Positions 1 through 10,273 of a DNA stretch of 64,000 bases are shown one piece after another. Under the pieces are notes generated by a model. That model worked only from the letters and a program-made list of their open reading frames with translations, was not told where the DNA came from and ran no database searches. The stretch is from Gammaproteobacteria bacterium. Its GTDB lineage: Bacteria > Pseudomonadota > Gammaproteobacteria > Poriferisulfidales > GCA-002705445. The position numbers were made by a program, and so were the translations under genes. Positions within the stretch are counted from its first letter, which is position 1; every line of letters starts with the position of its first letter. The DNA lies in the NCBI GenBank assembly GCA_018675635.1, contig JABGXU010000008.1, positions 195,588-259,587 on the forward strand. The letters run 5' to 3'.

Positions 1-2
1 AT

Positions 3-314
3 GTAAAAAAAAGAACAAATTTATTAAAAAAAATTTTTTCGCAGATTAATAAAAACGGGATTATTATTGTTACAGAAAAAATATCTCTAGAAAAAGCTTC
101 AGATGACATGTTTTTTAAAAATTTTCATGATTTTTTTAAAGAAAATAATGGATATACAAAGGAAGAAATTGATAGAAAAAAAATAGCGCTTGCTGATACT
201 ATGGAAATAGAAAGTGAGGTAATGCACGAAAAGAGATTTAATTTGATTGGCTGTAATAATTTTTATAAATGGTTTCAATGTTATAATTTTGTATCATGGG
301 TGTTAATCAAATAA
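3..314 (+). CDS. cmoA: carboxy-S-adenosyl-L-methionine synthase CmoA, C-terminal part (5' end outside window)
   Basis: Frame 3 is open from the window edge with no stop. The tail ...KWFQCYNFVSWVLIK resembles the CmoA C-terminus. It overlaps and precedes cmoB as in the cmoA-cmoB operon. Confidence 0.7.
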   Translation, partial: VKKRTNLLKKIFSQINKNGIIIVTEKISLEKASDDMFFKNFHDFFKENNGYTKEEIDRKKIALADTMEIESEVMHEKRFNLIGCNNFYKWFQCYNFVSWVLIK

Positions 315-1285
315 ATATACTATCTTTTATAAAGAATAAAAAAATTTATTCAGATAATACTTTAGAAAAATATAATTATTTATTTGATATTTTTATTTCT
401 TCAGAAGCATTTAATAACCATGGTAATTTACCTAAATGGCTTGATATATTAGATTCTCTCCCTGATTTAAATACAGATTTTTTAGATGTTACTTCTGATT
501 CAATAGAAATTGGAAGGACTGATGAAATTAGTAATTCACAAAGAACGATTTTAAAAAAGAAGCTTTTAAAATTAAACCCGTGGCGAAAAGGACCATTTCA
601 TTTATTTGGGTTACATATTGATTCTGAATGGCGTTCAGAAAAAAAATGGAATCGAATCAAAAATTATTTGCCTAATTTAATGGGAAAGAGTATCGGTGAT
701 TTAGGTTGTAGTAATGGATATTACTCCTATAGATTATTAAATTTTAATCCCAAAATAATTATTGGGTTAGATAAAACACCTTTATTTATTATGCAATTTC
801 TAGCAACTAAACTTTATGCTAGGAATTTGCAAAATATAATAATTTTACCTACTACTGCTGAAGATTTTGTATATAAAAAATTTAATTTTGATTTATTATT
901 ATCAATGGGTATTTTATATCATTCAAAAAATTCTGCTACCCATATTGAAGCATTGAATAGCTTGTTAAAAAAAAATGGTACTTTATTTCTAGAAACAATT
1001 ATATCTTTAACAAAAGATAATTTAAATATTACAAAAGGCCAAACATACGCAGGAATGAAAAATATAGGAACAATTTATACTATAGATAATTTAAGAAAAT
1101 TAATGATTGAAAATGGTTTTAAAAATATTGAATGTATTGATGAAAGTTTTACAAATTCTAGCGAACAAAGGTCTACAGAGTGGATGACAGGCAAAAGTTT
1201 TAAAGATTTTATATTGCCAAATGGAAAGACAATAGAAGGTTTTTTGCCAGTGTGTCGTGCTATATTTATAGCTCAAAAAAAATGA
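296..1285 (+). CDS. cmoB: tRNA U34 carboxymethyltransferase CmoB
   Basis: 329 aa; NPWRKGPF and WRSEKKWNR motifs typical of CmoB; sits immediately after cmoA. Confidence 0.85.
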   Translation: MGVNQINILSFIKNKKIYSDNTLEKYNYLFDIFISSEAFNNHGNLPKWLDILDSLPDLNTDFLDVTSDSIEIGRTDEISNSQRTILKKKLLKLNPWRKGPFHLFGLHIDSEWRSEKKWNRIKNYLPNLMGKSIGDLGCSNGYYSYRLLNFNPKIIIGLDKTPLFIMQFLATKLYARNLQNIIILPTTAEDFVYKKFNFDLLLSMGILYHSKNSATHIEALNSLLKKNGTLFLETIISLTKDNLNITKGQTYAGMKNIGTIYTIDNLRKLMIENGFKNIECIDESFTNSSEQRSTEWMTGKSFKDFILPNGKTIEGFLPVCRAIFIAQKK

Positions 1286-1325
1286 TTATGTTAGAATTTC
1301 ATAATTATTAAATACAGGATTAAAC

Positions 1326-2492
1326 ATGAATGGAAAAGTTTTTACTTCTGAGTCAGTTTCGGAGGGACACCCAGATAAGTTATGCGATCAGGTTTCTGAT
1401 GCAATATTGGATGCAGCTCTAAAAGAAGATAAGAAAGCAAGAGTTGCTTGTGAAACACTAGTTAAATCAGAGAAAGATTCTCTTGGTGTGGTTGTTCTTG
1501 GTGGTGAAATTACAACTTCCGCAAATATTAATTACGAAGAAATTGTAAGAAAAACAATAGATGAAATTGGTTATAATTCGAAAGAATTAGGTTTTGATTC
1601 TAAAACGGTTGAATTTATAAATAAAATTGGCTTGCAATCAACAGATATAGCGCAAGGTGTTGATAGAAACAATGATGAAGATCAAGGCGCAGGTGATCAA
1701 GGTTTAATGTTTGGATATGCTAACAATGAAACAGATGTTCTTATGCCTGCACCTATAACTTATTCACATAGATTAGTTCATAAACTAGCTACATTGAGAA
1801 AGAATAAAGATGTTAATTGGTTAAGACCAGACGCTAAAAGCCAAGTAACTTTTAAGTATGATTCTAATAAAATACATTCTATTGATACGATAGTTATTTC
1901 AACACAACATTCCCCAGAAGTTAATCAAAAAGATATTAAAGATTATGTATATGAGCAAGTTATAAAAAAAGTATTACCTTCAAAATATCTTAATAAAGAA
2001 ACAATAATTCATGTAAACCCAACAGGATCATTTGAAATTGGTGGGCCAGTAGGAGATTGTGGTCTTACTGGTAGGAAAATAATAGTTGATACATACGGGG
2101 GGATGGCTCGACATGGTGGCGGAGCTTTTTCAGGCAAAGATCCTTCAAAAGTTGATAGATCGGCAGCTTATGCTGCTAGATATGTAGCTAAGAATATTGT
2201 TGCGGCAGGATTAGCGGAAAAATGTGAAATCCAAGTGTCTTATGCGATTGGGGTTGCAAAACCTACTTCGATAAGTGTAGATACATTTGGTACTTCAAAA
2301 GTTGATGAATCTAAAATTGTACAAATTATTAATGAGGTTTTTGACTTGCGTCCATGGGGTATAATTAATATGCTAGATTTATTAAAACCTATCTATAGAG
2401 ATACTGCTTCATATGGGCATTTTGGTAGAAGTGATCTCGAACTTTCTTGGGAAAAGATTGATCAAGTAGAAAGAATAAAAAGTTTAATTTAA
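1326..2492 (+). CDS. metK: S-adenosylmethionine synthetase
   Basis: 388 aa; N-terminal [22 protein letters not shown] and [16 protein letters not shown] signatures. Confidence 0.95.
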   Translation: MNGKVFTSESVSEGHPDKLCDQVSDAILDAALKEDKKARVACETLVKSEKDSLGVVVLGGEITTSANINYEEIVRKTIDEIGYNSKELGFDSKTVEFINKIGLQSTDIAQGVDRNNDEDQGAGDQGLMFGYANNETDVLMPAPITYSHRLVHKLATLRKNKDVNWLRPDAKSQVTFKYDSNKIHSIDTIVISTQHSPEVNQKDIKDYVYEQVIKKVLPSKYLNKETIIHVNPTGSFEIGGPVGDCGLTGRKIIVDTYGGMARHGGGAFSGKDPSKVDRSAAYAARYVAKNIVAAGLAEKCEIQVSYAIGVAKPTSISVDTFGTSKVDESKIVQIINEVFDLRPWGIINMLDLLKPIYRDTASYGHFGRSDLELSWEKIDQVERIKSLI

Positions 2493-2503
2493 TGGAGTAG
2501 AAA

Positions 2504-3814
2504 ATGAGCGAAGTAGTAGAAAAAATAGGACCAGATTATAAAGTAGCAGATATCTCTTTAGCTGATTGGGGTCATAAAGAAATGAGTATAGCTGAAACTG
2601 AAATGCCTGGTTTAATGGCTCTTAGAGAAAAACATGGTAAGGCTAAACCATTAAGTGGAGCAAAAATAGTAGGTTGTCTTCATATGACAATACAAACCGC
2701 AGTTCTTATAGAAACTTTAGTGGAACTTGGAGCAAGTGTTAGATGGTCATCATGCAATATATATTCAACACAAGATCATGCCGCCGCCGCAATTGCAGAA
2801 AAAGGAATACCTGTATTTGCATGGAAAGGAGAGACTGAGGAGGAGTATTTGTGGTGTATAGACCAAACAATTATAGGCAATCAATCATGGAAGCCTAATA
2901 TGATTTTAGATGACGGTGGTGATTTAACTTCAATAATGCATGAGAAATATCCTGAATTATTGTCCGAAGTTAAAGGCTTATCTGAAGAAACAACAACGGG
3001 TGTTCATCGCCTACATGAAATGGTAAAAAAAGATGCACTTAAAGTGCCGGCATTTAATGTAAATGACTCTGTTACAAAATCAAAATTTGATAATTTATAC
3101 GGATGCAGAGAATCTTTAGTTGACGGCATAAAAAGAGCTACTGATGTAATGATATCCGGGAAAACTGCATTAGTTTGTGGTTTTGGTGATGTTGGCAAAG
3201 GATCTGCTCAATCATTAAGAAATGCTGGAGCAATTGTATGGGTTACAGAAATTGATCCAATTTGTGCTCTTCAAGCTGCTATGGAAGGTTTTAAGGTTGT
3301 TACTATAGAATCTGTTGCATCAGAAGTTGACATTTTTGTAACAGCAACAGGAAATGCGTCTATTATTTCGTATACTCATATGAATAAAATGAAAGACCAG
3401 GCTATAGTTTGTAATATTGGCCATTTTGATAATGAAATAGATGTTGAATCAATAAAAGATTGTAAGTGGGATAATATAAAACCACAAGTTGATCATATTG
3501 AGTTTCCAGATGGCAAAAAGATTATATTGTTGGCAGAAGGAAGATTAATAAATTTAGGATGTGCAACTGGGCATCCAAGTTACGTTATGTCTGCTTCATT
3601 CACAAATCAAGTTTTAGCTCAAATAGAATTATGGGAAAACGCAAAAAAATATAAAAATGAAGTATATGTTTTACCTAAACTATTAGATGAAGAAGTTGCT
3701 AGATTACATCTTGATAAAGTTGGGGCAAAATTAACTAAACTTACAAAAGATCAAGCAGAATATATAAGTGTAGACCAAGATGGCCCTTATAAGAATGATA
3801 CATATAGATATTAA
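2504..3814 (+). CDS. ahcY: adenosylhomocysteinase
   Basis: 436 aa; [24 protein letters not shown]-terminus and NAD-binding [17 protein letters not shown]. Confidence 0.95.
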   Translation: MSEVVEKIGPDYKVADISLADWGHKEMSIAETEMPGLMALREKHGKAKPLSGAKIVGCLHMTIQTAVLIETLVELGASVRWSSCNIYSTQDHAAAAIAEKGIPVFAWKGETEEEYLWCIDQTIIGNQSWKPNMILDDGGDLTSIMHEKYPELLSEVKGLSEETTTGVHRLHEMVKKDALKVPAFNVNDSVTKSKFDNLYGCRESLVDGIKRATDVMISGKTALVCGFGDVGKGSAQSLRNAGAIVWVTEIDPICALQAAMEGFKVVTIESVASEVDIFVTATGNASIISYTHMNKMKDQAIVCNIGHFDNEIDVESIKDCKWDNIKPQVDHIEFPDGKKIILLAEGRLINLGCATGHPSYVMSASFTNQVLAQIELWENAKKYKNEVYVLPKLLDEEVARLHLDKVGAKLTKLTKDQAEYISVDQDGPYKNDTYRY

Positions 3815-3821
3815 TTAAGTA

Positions 3822-4559
3822 GTGCGTTTAATAAGATTATATGTTGAAGAATCATTAAATGTTAATACTTCAGTTTTTTTAAAAAAAAATTCTTACCATT
3901 ATTTAGTTAAAGTACTTAGGATAAAAGAAAACCAAAAGATTGTTTTATTTGATAATTCTGGATATGAATATTTTGGTTATGTAAAAAATATTAACAATAA
4001 ATATTTTGAAATTTTTATAGAGAAAAAAAATTACATAGAGAGAAATTTTTCAAAGGTAGAAATCGCTTTTAGTATTTGTAAAAACCCGTGCTCTGATCTT
4101 ATTATACAGAAACTTACAGAGCTTGGAATTGATTCAATACAGCCAATAATTTCAAAAAATTCAATCTTTAATCAAAAAAAATTAGATGTAGAAAAAAAAA
4201 ATTCTCATTGGAAAAATATATCTATTAGTGCTTCTGAGCAATCTGAAAGATCATATTTACCTATTATAAAAAAAATAATTTCTTTCCAGGATTATTTAGA
4301 AAATAATTCGTCTGATCAAAAAATCATTTTAGATACTAGAGTAAACGCAATGTTATCAGAAGTATTTAATAGAAAATTTAAATCATGTTCTTTGTTGGTT
4401 GGGCCAGAAGGTGATTTCACTTCTGAAGAATATGAATATGCTAAAGAACTGAATTTTTCATCAGCAAGTTTAGGTGGTAATATCTTGAGAGTTGAAACAG
4501 CAGTTATTGCGGCCTTTTCATATATTAATATACTTACTAATAGTGATAAATATGAATAA
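3822..4559 (+). CDS. rsmE: 16S rRNA (uracil1498-N3)-methyltransferase RsmE
   Basis: 245 aa; C-terminal LLVGPEGDFTSEE motif of the RsmE family. Confidence 0.8.
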   Translation: MRLIRLYVEESLNVNTSVFLKKNSYHYLVKVLRIKENQKIVLFDNSGYEYFGYVKNINNKYFEIFIEKKNYIERNFSKVEIAFSICKNPCSDLIIQKLTELGIDSIQPIISKNSIFNQKKLDVEKKNSHWKNISISASEQSERSYLPIIKKIISFQDYLENNSSDQKIILDTRVNAMLSEVFNRKFKSCSLLVGPEGDFTSEEYEYAKELNFSSASLGGNILRVETAVIAAFSYINILTNSDKYE

Positions 4560-5487
4560 AAAAGTACTTGTTATAATGGATCCAATTGAATCTATAAATG
4601 TACAGAGAGATACAACTTATTTATTAATGCTAGCAGCGCAAGAGATAGGTTATGAATTATTTTATTTAATGCCAGGTTCTTTATCTGTAAATTTTCTAAA
4701 ACCTGTTGGTAGAATTGCAAAAATTAAAATATTTCATAATAAAGAACCTTTTTATGATATTTCTGAAATAAAAGATACAGAGTTAGGTTTTTTTGATTGT
4801 GTGTTGATGAGAACTGATCCACCTATAAATAGCACCTATATTTACATGACATATATTTTAGACATGTTAGATGAAAAAAATATTAAAGTGATAAATTCTG
4901 GCTCTTCATTAAGAAATTATAATGAGAAACTTATTACGCTTAATTTCCCTAAATATATACCAGATACAATATTAACTTCTGACAAGAGGCAAATTGAAAA
5001 TTTTAAAATAAAACATCAAAGAATTATTTTAAAACAATTAAATCTTATGGGTGGTAGATCAATATATTTTTTAGATAAAGATGATAAAAATTTAAATGTA
5101 ATATTTGAGGACATGACTGATTTTGGCAAAAATTATATTTTAGCTCAAGAATATATATCAGAAGCTAAAACTGGAGATAAAAGAATAATTATTGTAAATG
5201 GCGAAGTTATTAAAGAAGCCGTAATTCGTGTACCAAATGATAAAGATCATCGTGCTAGCGCAGCTGCTGGAGGATCTATAGAAAAGTATTATTTAAAAAA
5301 AGAAGAAATTGAAATATGCCAAGATGTTGCAGATTTTTTATATGAAAAAAATATTCTTTTTGCAGGAATCGATATGATAGGAAATAAAATTACTGAAATT
5401 AATATAACCTCTCCGACTTGTGTAGCAGAAATTAATCAATTTCATAATATTGATCTTGGTAAAAAGTTTTGGGAATGTATTAAATGA
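4552..5487 (+). CDS. gshB: glutathione synthetase
   Basis: Start taken at the internal ATG 4552 (MNKKVLVIMDPIESI...), which matches GshB N-termini. ATP-grasp C-terminal half. gshB-ruvX-pyrR synteny as in Pseudomonas. Confidence 0.85.
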   Translation: MNKKVLVIMDPIESINVQRDTTYLLMLAAQEIGYELFYLMPGSLSVNFLKPVGRIAKIKIFHNKEPFYDISEIKDTELGFFDCVLMRTDPPINSTYIYMTYILDMLDEKNIKVINSGSSLRNYNEKLITLNFPKYIPDTILTSDKRQIENFKIKHQRIILKQLNLMGGRSIYFLDKDDKNLNVIFEDMTDFGKNYILAQEYISEAKTGDKRIIIVNGEVIKEAVIRVPNDKDHRASAAAGGSIEKYYLKKEEIEICQDVADFLYEKNILFAGIDMIGNKITEINITSPTCVAEINQFHNIDLGKKFWECIK

Positions 5488-5942
5488 AAATAATTAAGGT
5501 TCTTGCAATTGACTATGGCGAAAAGAGAGTCGGGCTTGCTATAGGTGATTCAGAAAATAAGATTGCTATGCCATTAAAAACTATAAAAAATAATGGATAT
5601 GAAAATACTTGTAAAGAAATAGTTGATTTAGTAAAAGAGTGGGAAGTGAACAGAATTGTAATAGGACTGCCTGAAATTCACCCTGATCAAAAAATTAATA
5701 AGAAAATATCCCATTTTAGTAAAATTCTTAAAAAGAATGCGAATGTTAATATTATTTTTTATAATGAGGATTATTCTTCTAATTATGCTCAAACGGAGTT
5801 AACCAGCCAAATGAAAGTGGGTAGAAAAAAAAGTATTAATAAGGAAGAAATAGATAGAATTGCAGCCGCAATAATATTACAATCTTATTTTGAAAATGAA
5901 ATATTCAAAAACGCAGACACAAGATCTACTTCTAAAGATTGA
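5484..5942 (+). CDS. ruvX: Holliday junction resolvase-like YqgF/RuvX
   Basis: 152 aa; IKVLAIDYGEKRVGLAIGD N-terminal motif. Confidence 0.85.
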   Translation: MKIIKVLAIDYGEKRVGLAIGDSENKIAMPLKTIKNNGYENTCKEIVDLVKEWEVNRIVIGLPEIHPDQKINKKISHFSKILKKNANVNIIFYNEDYSSNYAQTELTSQMKVGRKKSINKEEIDRIAAAIILQSYFENEIFKNADTRSTSKD

Positions 5943-6405
5943 GAATTCTCTAAGGGATTATCTTTTAAATAACAATATCAAAAATCCAATTATAATAGGT
6001 GTGCATACTGGCGGCGCATGGATTGCTGATTGGTTGCAAAAATCTCTTGGTTTTGAAGGAAAAGCTGCTTCTTTAAATATAAGTTTTTATAGAGATGATT
6101 TTAGTAAAGTTGGAGTAAATCCAAGGGTTGATCCTACAGCAATGCCTGTTTCAGTAGATGATAAGCATGTTATTTTAGTTGATGATGTTCTATTTACTGG
6201 CAGAACAACAAGAGCAGCTATAAACGAAATATTTGATTTTGGAAGGCCGCTTTCAGTTACTTTAGTTGTGCTTGTAGAAAGGAATGGAAAAGAATTACCA
6301 ATTTCAGCAGATATTGTCGGTGAGAAATTAGAATTAGATAATAATAAAAATATTAAATTATTAGGTCCTGATCCAATGATTTTAGAAATTATTGATAAGG
6401 GATAA
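5890..6405 (+). CDS. pyrR: bifunctional pyrimidine operon regulator / uracil phosphoribosyltransferase PyrR
   Basis: IIIGVHTGGAW and PRPP-binding VILVDDVLFTGRTTRAA. The annotated start overlaps the ruvX 3' end by about 50 nt, and no in-frame start exists after the ruvX stop. Confidence 0.85.
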   Translation: MKMKYSKTQTQDLLLKIENSLRDYLLNNNIKNPIIIGVHTGGAWIADWLQKSLGFEGKAASLNISFYRDDFSKVGVNPRVDPTAMPVSVDDKHVILVDDVLFTGRTTRAAINEIFDFGRPLSVTLVVLVERNGKELPISADIVGEKLELDNNKNIKLLGPDPMILEIIDKG

Positions 6406-6422
6406 TATAAGAGGTAAATATT

Positions 6423-7409
6423 GTGAATGAAAAAGATGATATGGGCATAAAAAATAAAGAATTAAACCAACAAAATATCGTATCTCAGCAGCATCTCCGT
6501 CATTTTTTAGATATTGAGTATTTACCAAAATCATTGATTTTAGATATATTAGATTTAGCAGAATCATTTGCTGGAGTTTCTGGCCAACCAGTAAAAAAAG
6601 TTCCTCTATTGAGAGGAAAAACAATAGTTAACTTATTTTTTGAATCAAGCACAAGAACAAGAACAACTTTTGAATTAGCAGCAAAAAGACTTTCGGCAGA
6701 TATTTTAAATATAAATTTAGATTATAGTGCAACAAAAAAAGGTGAAACTTTATTAGATACCTTAAGAAATCTTCAAGCTATGCATTGTGATATGTTTATA
6801 GTTAGACACCCATCATCAGGGGCGGCAGAATTTATTTCAAAAAATGTATTACAAAATATTAGCGTTATAAATGCTGGAGATGGTAGACATGCTCATCCAA
6901 CGCAAGCAATGCTTGATATTTTTACAATCAGAAAGTATTTTTCAGATTTTACAAAAATTAAAGTTGCTATTGTAGGAGATATATTACACTCAAGAGTTGC
7001 TAGATCTTTAATGCATGCTTTAAGGATTCTTGAAGTGCCCGATGTAAGAGTTATTGCTCCCAAGACTTTATTACCAATTGGAATTGAAGATATGGGTGCA
7101 ACTTCTTATGTAAATATGGATGAAGGAATAAAAAATTGTAATGTAGTAATAATGCTGAGACTGCAAAATGAGAGGATGAATTCAAGCTTTATACCTAATG
7201 AGCACGAATATTATAATCTTTATGGGTTTACCCCAAGAAGATTAGATCTTTTGGCTAAAAATGGAATTGTAATGCATCCAGGACCTGTAAATAGGGGGGT
7301 AGAGATAAGTTCAGAAGTTGCAGATGGAGATAGATCTGTGATTCTACAACAGGTGTCAAATGGTATTGCAGTAAGAATGGCAATTTTATCTTTATCAATG
7401 CAGCCATAG
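6423..7409 (+). CDS. pyrB: aspartate carbamoyltransferase catalytic subunit
   Basis: GTG start; [15 protein letters not shown] and HPTQAMLD carbamoyl-phosphate/aspartate binding motifs. Confidence 0.95.
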   Translation: MNEKDDMGIKNKELNQQNIVSQQHLRHFLDIEYLPKSLILDILDLAESFAGVSGQPVKKVPLLRGKTIVNLFFESSTRTRTTFELAAKRLSADILNINLDYSATKKGETLLDTLRNLQAMHCDMFIVRHPSSGAAEFISKNVLQNISVINAGDGRHAHPTQAMLDIFTIRKYFSDFTKIKVAIVGDILHSRVARSLMHALRILEVPDVRVIAPKTLLPIGIEDMGATSYVNMDEGIKNCNVVIMLRLQNERMNSSFIPNEHEYYNLYGFTPRRLDLLAKNGIVMHPGPVNRGVEISSEVADGDRSVILQQVSNGIAVRMAILSLSMQP

Positions 7410-7419
7410 CGGAGAAATA

Positions 7420-8697
7420 ATGAATGATATAATAATAAAATCAGGAATTCTTGTGAACCCAGGTGGAGAGATGTCTGGGGAACATGATATCTATATTAAA
7501 AATGGATATGTAGTTGGTATAGATGAAGATAATACTAAATTAAATTCTCCCATAATAATAGATGCTCAAGACTGTATCGTTTGCCCAGGTTTAATTGATC
7601 TTTCGGTTAGATTTAGAGAGCCAGGTTTAGAAAAAGAAGCTACAATAATTAGCGAATCTCATGCAGCTGTATCTTCAGGAGTTACAACAGTTTGCTATAT
7701 GCCAGATACTCAACCAGTTATAGATACACCTGCCCAAATTAAACTAGTGGAAGAAATTTTTAGTAGTGTTGGTTTATGTAATGTTAAGGTTTTAGCTGCA
7801 CTTACTAAAGGCCTTGATGGAGAAAGGCTTAGTCCTATGATGGAACTTAAAGAGGCTGGTGCTGTAGGATTAACTAACTGCCTTAACCCAATAAAGGATT
7901 CTTTAGTTTTGAGAAGAGCTATGGAATATGCGTCTGGTCAAGATATAACAGTATTTTATCAACCTCAAAACAATTATTTGGCTAACAATGGTTGTGTTCA
8001 TGAAGGTAAGATTGCAACAAAATTAGGATTGCCTGGAATTCCTTCTGCCGCTGAATCAGCTGCAGTCGCAGAAGCAATCTTATTAATGAAATTAACAGGA
8101 GTTAAGTTACATTTATGTAGAATATCTTGCCTTGAGTCTTTAATGATTATAAGGAATGCTCAAGCAGAAGGAATTCGTGTAACTGCAGATGTTGCGATAC
8201 ATCAATTATTTTTCGATGAAAATTCGATTAATAATTTTAATAGTGATTTTCATGTTATGCCGCCATTTAGAGCTAATGAAGATATGGTTGCTTTACAAAA
8301 ATCAATATCAGAAAATACGTTGACAGCAATTTGTTCTGATCATCAGCCCCATAATAAAGATGCCAAGCAGGCTCCGTTTTATAATACGCAGCCCGGAATT
8401 TCATCTATAGAATTATTACTTCCATTATTAATGGAACTAGTAAATTTAAATTTTCTAGATTTAAATACAGCAATTTCAAAAGTGACAATAAATCCTGCTA
8501 AAATTTTAGGTATAGAAGCTGGAATTATTCAAAAAGACTCTCAAGCTGATTTATGTATATTAAAAAAAGAAGAATGGCAATTAGAAGGAGATAAAATAAT
8601 AAGTTCTGGAAAAAATAACCCATATATTGGGAAAAAATTTAATATGGTTGTAGCTAAAACAATTTTTAAGGGGCAGATTGTTTATGAAAATAATTAA
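7420..8697 (+). CDS. pyrC': dihydroorotase-like protein PyrC' (probably non-catalytic ATCase structural partner)
   Basis: 425 aa amidohydrolase fold directly after pyrB. The metal-binding D-x-H-x-H is replaced by PGLIDLSVRFREPG (no His), as in pseudomonad PyrC'. Confidence 0.75.
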   Translation: MNDIIIKSGILVNPGGEMSGEHDIYIKNGYVVGIDEDNTKLNSPIIIDAQDCIVCPGLIDLSVRFREPGLEKEATIISESHAAVSSGVTTVCYMPDTQPVIDTPAQIKLVEEIFSSVGLCNVKVLAALTKGLDGERLSPMMELKEAGAVGLTNCLNPIKDSLVLRRAMEYASGQDITVFYQPQNNYLANNGCVHEGKIATKLGLPGIPSAAESAAVAEAILLMKLTGVKLHLCRISCLESLMIIRNAQAEGIRVTADVAIHQLFFDENSINNFNSDFHVMPPFRANEDMVALQKSISENTLTAICSDHQPHNKDAKQAPFYNTQPGISSIELLLPLLMELVNLNFLDLNTAISKVTINPAKILGIEAGIIQKDSQADLCILKKEEWQLEGDKIISSGKNNPYIGKKFNMVVAKTIFKGQIVYENN

Positions 8698-8727
8698 ACT
8701 TAACCAATTTTAATTAGGGAAGTAATT

Positions 8728-9594
8728 TTGAAAGATTCATCAATATATATAGAAAATGCTAAAGTTTTAAATCATCAGCATATGGAAGGTGGTCAGCATA
8801 TAATTAGGTTAGAAAGTGAAAAATGCTCACAGTATGCAAAACCCGGAATGTTTATTCATTTAAAATGTGATGAGAATACTTTAATGCGAAGACCTTTTTC
8901 AGTTATGAGAGCATCAAAAGAAGAAAAATGGATTGAAATTTTGTATAAAACTTTTGGGCATGGCACTAATTCACTTAAATTAGTTGAAGTTGGTGACACA
9001 TTGAATTATATGGGACCTATTGGCAATGGGTTTTCATTAAGTAAAAAAAAAACTATTCCACTTTTAATTGGTGGTGGTGTAGGAATACCTCCGTTAATAT
9101 TTCTTGCTAGCGAAATAAAAGAATTTTGTAATTTTAAACCAATAATATTTTTTGGGTCAGAAGTAACTTTTCCTTTTAAATATTTTCCATCAAAATATAT
9201 GATAAAAGATTTTTTGCCTGAGGTAACAGCTTCTCCAGATTTTATAGAGGCAATGGGATTTGTATCAAGATTAGCTTCGCAACAAGATTACCCTGGCTGT
9301 TATAAAGGCTTTATTCATGAGCTTGCTGAACATTGGATTAAAACTTTAAATACAGATCAATTAGATAAAGTTTGTATATATTCATGTGGACCAACTCCAA
9401 TGTTAGAGGCTGTATCATTAGTAGCTCGAAAATATAAAATTGATTGTCAAATATGTATAGAAGAGCATATGGCTTGTGCAGTTGGCGGTTGTGCAGGTTG
9501 CATTGTTAAAATTAAGGATAATAATAAGATTGTTTCAAAAAGAGTTTGCGTAGATGGCCCAGTATTTAAATCAAGTACAATTTATTATGAATGA
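8728..9594 (+). CDS. PyrK-family FAD/NAD(P)-binding oxidoreductase with C-terminal [2Fe-2S] motif (dihydroorotate dehydrogenase electron-transfer subunit homolog, orphan)
   Basis: RPFSV flavin motif, MGPIGNGF, IGGGVGIPPL, and C-terminal CAVGGCAGC...C...DGPVF, all matching PyrK. No pyrD-B partner in the window. Confidence 0.7.
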   Translation: MKDSSIYIENAKVLNHQHMEGGQHIIRLESEKCSQYAKPGMFIHLKCDENTLMRRPFSVMRASKEEKWIEILYKTFGHGTNSLKLVEVGDTLNYMGPIGNGFSLSKKKTIPLLIGGGVGIPPLIFLASEIKEFCNFKPIIFFGSEVTFPFKYFPSKYMIKDFLPEVTASPDFIEAMGFVSRLASQQDYPGCYKGFIHELAEHWIKTLNTDQLDKVCIYSCGPTPMLEAVSLVARKYKIDCQICIEEHMACAVGGCAGCIVKIKDNNKIVSKRVCVDGPVFKSSTIYYE

Positions 9595-10273
9595 GATTGA
9601 AAATAATATTTTAAATATTAAAAAAAATATTATTAAAGCTGAATTAAATTCAAGTAGAAAAGAAAATAGTGTTATTTTAATGGCTGTTAGTAAAACACAA
9701 TCCGTAGAAAAAATTAAGCATGCCTATAATGCTGGGCAAAAGGACTTTGGTGAAAATTATTTACAAGAAGCTGTAAAAAAAATTTTAGAATTAAAAAATT
9801 TTGATATTATTTGGCACTATATTGGTAAAATTCAGGGTAATAAAGCAAAATTAATTGCGGATAATTTTGATTGGGTTCATAGCGCTGACAAAATTTCAAC
9901 TCTTATAAAAATTGATAATTATAGAAATAAGTTAGAAAAAAATCTTAATGTTTGCATACAGGTAAATATTGATAATGAAGAATCTAAATCTGGCATTGAA
10001 ATTAAAAATATTGAAGAGTTTTTAGAATCTACACATAACCTTCAAAATATTAATATTAGGGGATTAATGGCTATACCTCAATATCAAGAAAGTTTTGAAG
10101 ATCAATTTAATACATTTAAAAGGCTTCAGGATTTATTTAATAACCTTGTAAAAAAAGGATATAAATTAGATACTCTATCAATTGGAATGAGTTCAGATTA
10201 TCATGCAGCTATAGAAGCAGGATCTACAATTATAAGAATTGGTACAGCAATATTTGGTGAAAGAATAAAATGA
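9587..10273 (+). CDS. yggS: PLP homeostasis protein YggS (alanine racemase-fold PLP-binding)
   Basis: Start taken at 9587 (MNEIENN). ILMAVSKTQ, FGENYLQE, HYIGKIQGNKAK motifs. Conserved yggS-proC-yggT order. Confidence 0.85.
   Translation: MNEIENNILNIKKNIIKAELNSSRKENSVILMAVSKTQSVEKIKHAYNAGQKDFGENYLQEAVKKILELKNFDIIWHYIGKIQGNKAKLIADNFDWVHSADKISTLIKIDNYRNKLEKNLNVCIQVNIDNEESKSGIEIKNIEEFLESTHNLQNINIRGLMAIPQYQESFEDQFNTFKRLQDLFNNLVKKGYKLDTLSIGMSSDYHAAIEAGSTIIRIGTAIFGERIK

Noticed and set aside
2776-2790. GC-rich run gccgccgccgc within ahcY
   Set aside because: It is simply the codons for the conserved AAAA motif (HAAAAIA) in AhcY, not a repeat element.
3004-3198. 64-aa antisense ORF inside ahcY (representative of about 40 short ORFs listed in the track on the strand opposite to well-supported genes, e.g. 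6382-6624, 10434-10649, 10764-11042, 11075-11416, 13038-13374, 17299-17859, 20642-21085, 22550-22869, 27122-27469, 28064-28252, 28790-28981, 33445-33642, 34408-34647, 34982-35296, 37044-37250, 38446-38667, 43287-43493, 46735-47286, 47446-48854, 49566-50031, 51832-52080, 52212-52487, 53344-53901, 55019-55201, 57142-57402, 58380-58562, 59570-59890)
   Set aside because: Each lies entirely within a longer, homology-supported gene on the other strand. They have low-complexity AT-driven composition and no RBS, so they are chance ORFs.
5850-6430. PyrR-binding attenuator loops (UCCAGAGAGG-type) upstream of pyrR/pyrB
   Set aside because: No CAGAGAG-like binding loop is present. This is consistent with pseudomonad-type PyrR, which does not act by attenuation.
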